Of a stretch of 64,000 nucleotides of DNA, positions 58,861 through 64,000 are shown piece after piece (the stretch's first letter is position 1; each line of letters begins with the position of its first letter). Source of the stretch: an uncultured Verrucomicrobiae bacterium (GTDB lineage: Bacteria; Verrucomicrobiota; Verrucomicrobiia; Chthoniobacterales; UBA10450); the NCBI GenBank assembly GCA_963772365.1, contig CAVYXA010000005.1:32001-96000 (forward strand), given 5' to 3'. Position numbers and translations under genes: made by a program. The notes below the pieces were generated by a model, which made no database searches, was not told where the DNA came from, and saw only the letters and a list, made by a program, of their open reading frames with translations.

Positions 58861-60303
58861 ATGAAAATTGCCATCATCGGCCTGGGTTATGTTGGGCTTC
58901 CTTTATCGATTCAGTTCGCGCGGTCGTGCACGACTGTCATCGGCATTGATGTCGATCCTCAAAAGATCGAGCTGCTCAACAAAGGCCAAAGCTATATCAA
59001 GCATGTATTGGCGGATGGAATTCGGGAGATCGTAGATGGCGGGAAGTTTGTTGCCACGACAGATTTCAGCCGGATCAGAGAGGTCGAGTCGGTGATTATT
59101 TGTGTGCCAACACCGCTCAACAAGAATCGCGAACCGGATCTGTCTTTTGTCCTAGGTACTGGGCGCGCAATCGCGCCTTATCTCAAATCGGCGAAGGCCG
59201 ATTTAGAGATGGGAAATGGAAGATCGAAGATCGGAGAAGCAGGGAGTCGAGCACCTTACCCCCACCCTCTCCCCGATCGAGGCGGAGAGGGAGAAGCTAT
59301 GGCCAGCCCAAGCTCCGAACTTCCAACTGCGAACTCCCAGCCTTTGAAAAAGCTGATAGTGCTTGAGTCAACAACATATCCGGGAACAACGGAAGATGAG
59401 CTGCGTGCCGTGCTGGAAGAAGGATCCGGGCTAAGAGCGGGCGTTGATTTTCACCTCGCGTTTTCGCCAGAGCGGGAGGATCCGGCGAATAAGCTAAGCA
59501 AAGTCAAAAAAATTCCGAAGGTCGTCGGGGGATATACGCCGCTCTGTCTGGAACGCGCCGTGGCTTTATACAAGAGGGCCATCGATACCGTTGTGCCTGT
59601 TTCTTCCTGTCGGGCCGCGGAAGCGACCAAGCTTCTGGAAAACATTTTTCGCAGCGTGAATATTGCCCTCGTCAACGAGCTGAAGGTCGTTTACGAGGCA
59701 ATGGGAATCGATATATGGGAAGTGATCGAAGCGGCCAAGACCAAGCCGTTTGGCTTTATGCCGTTTTATCCCGGGCCGGGGCTGGGCGGACATTGCATCC
59801 CGATCGATCCGTTCTATCTCACCTGGAAAGCTCGTGAGTACGGCCAGCACACGCGGTTCATTGAATTGGCCGGCGAGATCAACACCCATATGCCTGAGCA
59901 CGTTGTGCATCGCGTTTCCGATGCGCTCAACTGTCAACAAAAAACAATTAACGGCTCAAATGTCCTGATCCTCGGTCTTGCCTACAAACCAAATGTCGAT
60001 GATGAGCGAGAATCACCGAGCTACACCCTCATGCGACTGCTGGCCAAGGGCGGTGCTACGGTTGAATATCACGATCCGTATGTGCCTGTTATCAAGCCGA
60101 CGCGTGAGCACCCGCAGTTTGCAGGCAAGAAATCGATCGAATGGTCAAGATCGACAATTAATGATTTCGATCTCGTCCTTGTCGCGACCAATCATTCTTG
60201 TGTAAACTACAAAGAGCTGGGGGACTGGGCCCGTTGCATTGTCGATACCCGGAATGCGATGTCGGGGGTCGACGTCGCGAAAGGGAAAGTGTGGAAAGCG
60301 TGA
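58861..60303 (+). CDS. UDP-N-acetylhexosamine 6-dehydrogenase (WbpA/WecC-like) with an in-frame insert of about 50 aa
   Basis: IGLGYVGLP, ICVPTP, ESTTYPGTT, FSPER, GGHCIPIDP, GLAYKPNVDD.RESP. Confidence 0.93.
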   Translation: MKIAIIGLGYVGLPLSIQFARSCTTVIGIDVDPQKIELLNKGQSYIKHVLADGIREIVDGGKFVATTDFSRIREVESVIICVPTPLNKNREPDLSFVLGTGRAIAPYLKSAKADLEMGNGRSKIGEAGSRAPYPHPLPDRGGEGEAMASPSSELPTANSQPLKKLIVLESTTYPGTTEDELRAVLEEGSGLRAGVDFHLAFSPEREDPANKLSKVKKIPKVVGGYTPLCLERAVALYKRAIDTVVPVSSCRAAEATKLLENIFRSVNIALVNELKVVYEAMGIDIWEVIEAAKTKPFGFMPFYPGPGLGGHCIPIDPFYLTWKAREYGQHTRFIELAGEINTHMPEHVVHRVSDALNCQQKTINGSNVLILGLAYKPNVDDERESPSYTLMRLLAKGGATVEYHDPYVPVIKPTREHPQFAGKKSIEWSRSTINDFDLVLVATNHSCVNYKELGDWARCIVDTRNAMSGVDVAKGKVWKA

Positions 60304-60582
60304 TGTCAAAAAGCTGAAACGCTGACATGCTGAAAAGCTGAAAGGCAGCCTCCTTCGCCCATGCTACGGCGAGCCAGGGAAAACCTGAGAAGCTGAAAAG
60401 TTAAGATGAAGCTGGTAGATCGAAGATCGTAGTTTTGTTCCAAATGCGTCGGAAAGTTTTACGGATTTTTTTGTGCGAGTTTAATGCGATACTTCGATTT
60501 CGTCGCGCAAGCTACTGAACCACTGTAGCTTATAATCTTGAGATTTCGACCAAGTACAGTTCCTGCTAACGGGTCGAATTCT

Positions 60583-61236
60583 ATGAAGAACCTCTCCTTC
60601 GCTTTGGTAATTGCTATCGGAATTTTGGGGCAGATTCATGCAGCTACGATCTGGGAAAATCCGATTACCGGAATGAATCCAAACACTTCGAACCCGTACA
60701 CAACGGGAGATGTAGTCGCCTCAAATCTCACAGTCTCAGGTATCGGAAGAGGCACGGGGATAACGGGAGTCAATTCCAATAATCGCTACAACGCCAGCAG
60801 CTGGAATACCGCTACGCTTGATACGACGGCTTACTTTTACTTCATCCTTACCCCGGACAGTGGTTTTCAGATTAATTTCACAAGCTTCACCTACACTGGC
60901 CAAGTTAGTTCCACAGGTCCATCCAGCTTTGCTTTTCGATCGAGTCTTGACGGCTTTTCCTCAGATATCGGTTCCCCGAACTCGACAGGGACGACGATTT
61001 CGTTATCAGCATCACAATTCCAAGGGCTGACTACGCCCATCGAGTTTCGCTTCTACGGATTTGGCGCAACGAGTAGTGGTGGCACTTTTAGTATCAATGA
61101 TTTTCATTTCGATGGCGTAGTAGATGCGGTGCCCGGCGTCCCGGAAGCTTTCTCGACGCTGCCGTGGATGTCATGCGGGTTCGTTCTATTTGTACTCGCA
61201 CGACAGCGCAAATCCTGGCTTCCGAAGAGCCGCTGA
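60583..61236 (+). CDS. Secreted PEP-CTERM-type protein (VPEA variant)
   Basis: Signal peptide, Thr/Ser-rich body, VPGVPEAFST + TM + RQRK. Confidence 0.75.
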   Translation: MKNLSFALVIAIGILGQIHAATIWENPITGMNPNTSNPYTTGDVVASNLTVSGIGRGTGITGVNSNNRYNASSWNTATLDTTAYFYFILTPDSGFQINFTSFTYTGQVSSTGPSSFAFRSSLDGFSSDIGSPNSTGTTISLSASQFQGLTTPIEFRFYGFGATSSGGTFSINDFHFDGVVDAVPGVPEAFSTLPWMSCGFVLFVLARQRKSWLPKSR

Positions 61237-61431
61237 CAAGCAAGAGTAACATTCGAAGACAAATCTTGGTCGTTCCGTAATTCTGCGTTGCGGCTTTCCC
61301 GTTTAGAGATTCAGAGTGTTTCTGACCTGTATCCATCAGATTCGGGTAGCAGCTGGACGTAAACCTACGGTTTCTCATTGTCAGCTTTCTAAGTAGATCC
61401 TGCCGTTGGCGGTAGTTCTCTGGTCGTTCAT

Positions 61432-62406
61432 ATGGACTCTTCTTCAGCAAAGGCGGGAAATCTTTCGGCGAGGGCGCCGCAAGATGCACGCGATGCGCCC
61501 GCACACGAGCCGTCAGGCAGTCCGCTCCCCGATACTAAATCTCGCGCTCATCTGATCGGCTTTGGAATCTGCGTGGCGGTTCTGATCGCGGCTTTCATCA
61601 GGCCGCTGATCGGGCTGGCCGTTTATGCTGCCCACAGCAATCTGAATTCGCACATTTTGTTGGTCCCGTTTGTGACTGCTTATCTATTACACATTCGTCG
61701 CGATCCGCTTTCGACGAGATTTAAATCCTCACCGCTTTGGGCGATCGCCCCGCTGATCGTCGCGCTGCTGAGCTTAAGCGCTGCATTTGTCTGGGACACC
61801 GAACTGAGTCGAAATGATCACTTCACGTTGCTGGCTCTCTCGTTTCTTGGATTCCTGGTTGCAGCCGGATTTTTATTCCTGGGACGCGCCTGGATGTGGT
61901 CGGCCGCGTTCTCAGTGTTCTTTCTCATTTTCATGATACCGATGCCGGATGCCATGGCGAACGCATTGGAGACGGCATCGAAGTTCGCCTCGGCCGATGC
62001 GGCCAGTTTCTTCTTTAATCTGACTGGCACACCGGTTCTGCGAGATGGTTTGGTTTTCCAGTTGCCGAATATCGCGATTCAAGTCGCCCAGGAATGCAGC
62101 GGTATTCGATCGAGCTGGGTGCTGTTCATCACCAGTTTGCTGGCGGCAAATCTTTTTCTACAAAGCCCATGGCGGCGCGCGGCACTAGTGGTGTTCGTTA
62201 TTCCGCTCGGGATTATCCGGAATGGTTTTCGCGTCTTCGTGATCGGCACGTTGTGCATCCGATACGGGCCGCAGATGATCCACAGTATTATTCATCGCCG
62301 CGGCGGGCCGTTCTTCTTCGCGCTTTCGCTGATTCCGCTGTTTCTGTTGCTCTGGTGGCTACGGCGGGGCGATGACGGAGCACGGATGAAGGCGGAAGAC
62401 AGATAA
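61432..62406 (+). CDS. Exosortase, probably the VPDSG-CTERM-specific XrtC type
   Basis: Multi-TM; VAQECSGIRS (Cys), RNGFRV (Arg), IIH (His); adjacent VPDSG substrate. Confidence 0.88.
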   Translation: MDSSSAKAGNLSARAPQDARDAPAHEPSGSPLPDTKSRAHLIGFGICVAVLIAAFIRPLIGLAVYAAHSNLNSHILLVPFVTAYLLHIRRDPLSTRFKSSPLWAIAPLIVALLSLSAAFVWDTELSRNDHFTLLALSFLGFLVAAGFLFLGRAWMWSAAFSVFFLIFMIPMPDAMANALETASKFASADAASFFFNLTGTPVLRDGLVFQLPNIAIQVAQECSGIRSSWVLFITSLLAANLFLQSPWRRAALVVFVIPLGIIRNGFRVFVIGTLCIRYGPQMIHSIIHRRGGPFFFALSLIPLFLLLWWLRRGDDGARMKAEDR

Positions 62407-62508
62407 CGGTGGGCGAAAGATGGCGAGATTACAGAGGACCGAGGATAGATGACGGCACAGCGAGACTACAGTCCGGCGTCGGAAAGGCGAAGGATCGAAA
62501 AAGCTCCC

Positions 62509-63258
62509 TTATCCAACAGTTGTGCGGCGCTGATGAATAAATTTCCGATGGAAGAGAAAGAGCCCACCCAAGCCCAGTGTCAGCAAGGCGACAGTCGTTC
62601 CGCTGTCTGGAACAGGAACAAGAATCAACTGGTCCTGTACGTATCCAGTCAAGTTAGGATTTATCCACAAGTTGAGAACACCGACACCAAAGCCACGGTG
62701 AACGTTATCGGCCATCGCGTGTGCTGCAGTGCCAAATCTAGTCACGACTGCCACCTCGAATTTATTACTGGGGTCGTAACTAAGGCCGGCCTCTCCCTCG
62801 AGCCACCACATGGCGTTTTGCAGCAGCCCAGCATCCGCGTTGGTATACAAATAACTCGTCAAACCATCGAACGATGTGTTTCGAGCGAAGTTAGAATAAA
62901 GCCAGGCAGTACCTCTCGAGAGGGGGTCGCTCGGACCGCCGCTTCCTCCCAAAAGCGCTGCATCGCTAATAGCATACGTATATGTAGAACCGGGATTAAA
63001 ATGCTCATTGTATTCCACGCAGAATGTTTCGAAGCCCACGCCATGCCCCGTGTTAGCGATCGCCGACGCCCCGTAGCCCATCGAAGCGGGATTCAGAGTT
63101 GTAGAATACGCGTTGAATTCTCCTCCCAGACCAGAGTGATGGACCCCATAATCTAGAATCAGCGTGTTCGCGGAAACCTTTGGAAGAAATAAGGATATCG
63201 ACGCAAAGGCGATCACGGCGACAGAAAGGAGCTTCGCGGAGTAAGTCAGAGTTTTCAT
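62509..63258 (-). CDS. VPDSG-CTERM sorting domain protein
   Basis: Signal peptide, TFCVE, QNAMW, VPDSGTTVALL + TM + RK. Confidence 0.92.
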   Translation of the reverse strand: MKTLTYSAKLLSVAVIAFASISLFLPKVSANTLILDYGVHHSGLGGEFNAYSTTLNPASMGYGASAIANTGHGVGFETFCVEYNEHFNPGSTYTYAISDAALLGGSGGPSDPLSRGTAWLYSNFARNTSFDGLTSYLYTNADAGLLQNAMWWLEGEAGLSYDPSNKFEVAVVTRFGTAAHAMADNVHRGFGVGVLNLWINPNLTGYVQDQLILVPVPDSGTTVALLTLGLGGLFLFHRKFIHQRRTTVG

Positions 63259-63293
63259 AGTTTCAAAAATAGATTGTAAGTGCCGAGGAATAC

Positions 63294-63309
63294 AGCAAGC
63301 ATCGCGCCA
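63294..63309 (-). promoter_or_regulatory. Sigma-54 promoter of the VPDSG-CTERM gene
   Basis: Minus strand TGGCGCGATGCTTGCT, close to the TGGCACG-N4-TTGC consensus. Confidence 0.75.
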
Positions 63310-63410
63310 CGAATCGTTCTGCCGCTTCTTAACTAGATGCAGGTAGCTAATGTTGTGCGGCTTATAAATAAATCATCGTCTTTTTCAACAGACGGCAACT
63401 TTGTCGAAAT

Positions 63411-63427
63411 CGTAAAACATTCCGACG
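63411..63427. promoter_or_regulatory. Putative enhancer-binding-protein site; related copies at 60447-60463 and 5449-5465
   Basis: CGTCGGAATGTTTTACG (minus strand), CGTCGGAAAGTTTTACG, TGTCGGAAATCTTTACG. Confidence 0.6.
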
Positions 63428-63599
63428 ATTTCGCGCCAGGAGGTGGTTTGCCACTTTGAGCACGCTGCCCGTCGAGCATTCAGAAATGGGATCGACGCTC
63501 GAGTGGCAGGCGCGATGCTGAGTTTTATTTCGGGACACCGCAGCGAGTTTGAAAACAAATAGGCTGACGTTTCGCAGAGAGGTCTTTACAATAGCTGAA

Positions 63600-64000
63600 A
63601 TGAAGTCGCATCTTCTTATCCTAACGATGGCTGCCGTTTTGATTGGCTGCCAGAGCATCAATCACTCCGTTATCACGGAAAAGCAGACGGCAGCTTCTGC
63701 GCCCGTGAAATTGAGGCCTGGCGACGTGATTAAACTGACATTTGCCGGCGCACCGGAATTGAACCAATCGCAGAAAATCAGGGGAGATGGGAAAATCAAT
63801 CTTCCGCTTGTCGGCGAGGTAACCGCGTCGGGCAAGACGGTTCCAGGATTTCAGGCTGAACTCGTCGGGTTATATAAATCGCAGCTCAAAGACAGCGAGG
63901 TCTTAGTGACACTGGAAAGCGGCGTCACGAATGTTGTGGTTTCCGGCTATGTGAGCAAGCCGGGCCGGCAGGTGTTCGACCGCCCGACGACCGTGTTCCA
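63600..64000 (+). CDS. Wza-like polysaccharide export lipoprotein (runs off the window)
   Basis: My translation: MKSHLLILTMAAVLIGC (lipobox), LRPGDVIKLTF, IRGDGKINLPLVGEV. Confidence 0.88.
   Translation, partial: MKSHLLILTMAAVLIGCQSINHSVITEKQTAASAPVKLRPGDVIKLTFAGAPELNQSQKIRGDGKINLPLVGEVTASGKTVPGFQAELVGLYKSQLKDSEVLVTLESGVTNVVVSGYVSKPGRQVFDRPTTVF

Overview
The window probably comes from a Verrucomicrobiota genome; this is inferred from the VPDSG-CTERM protein next to an XrtC-like exosortase. Bases 1-12.6 kb are an accessory region. It holds two paralogous TPR-like proteins, an O-antigen-ligase/TPR protein, PEP-CTERM proteins, toxin-antitoxin remnants, a decayed phage-like segment ending at a 5' half tRNA-Thr(TGT) att-like site, and a LysR regulator. 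Bases 13-64 kb are a large, mostly + strand exopolysaccharide locus. It encodes a priming sugar transferase, Wzc/Wzx/Wzy/Wza-like proteins, WbpA/B/E/D-like nucleotide-sugar enzymes, deacetylases, four sulfotransferases with CysQ, two AsnB-like and two FemAB-like enzymes, and the exosortase with its substrates. Two things stand out. (1) A tRNA-Ser-like gene sits inside the EPS operon (48873-48963) with its anticodon loop replaced by a 7-bp stem and a GAAA tetraloop. It lies near a FemAB-like transferase and directly before an AsnB-like ligase that lacks the catalytic Cys, which suggests a dedicated non-ribosomal seryl donor for polysaccharide modification (inference). (2) Degenerate 7/8/9-nt tandem arrays are pervasive, often as inverted arm pairs. 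They bracket two four-helix-bundle genes, sit empty at many gene junctions and are translated in-frame inside enzymes. About eight single-base frameshifts may be assembly errors. All calls come from reading motifs; no searches were run.
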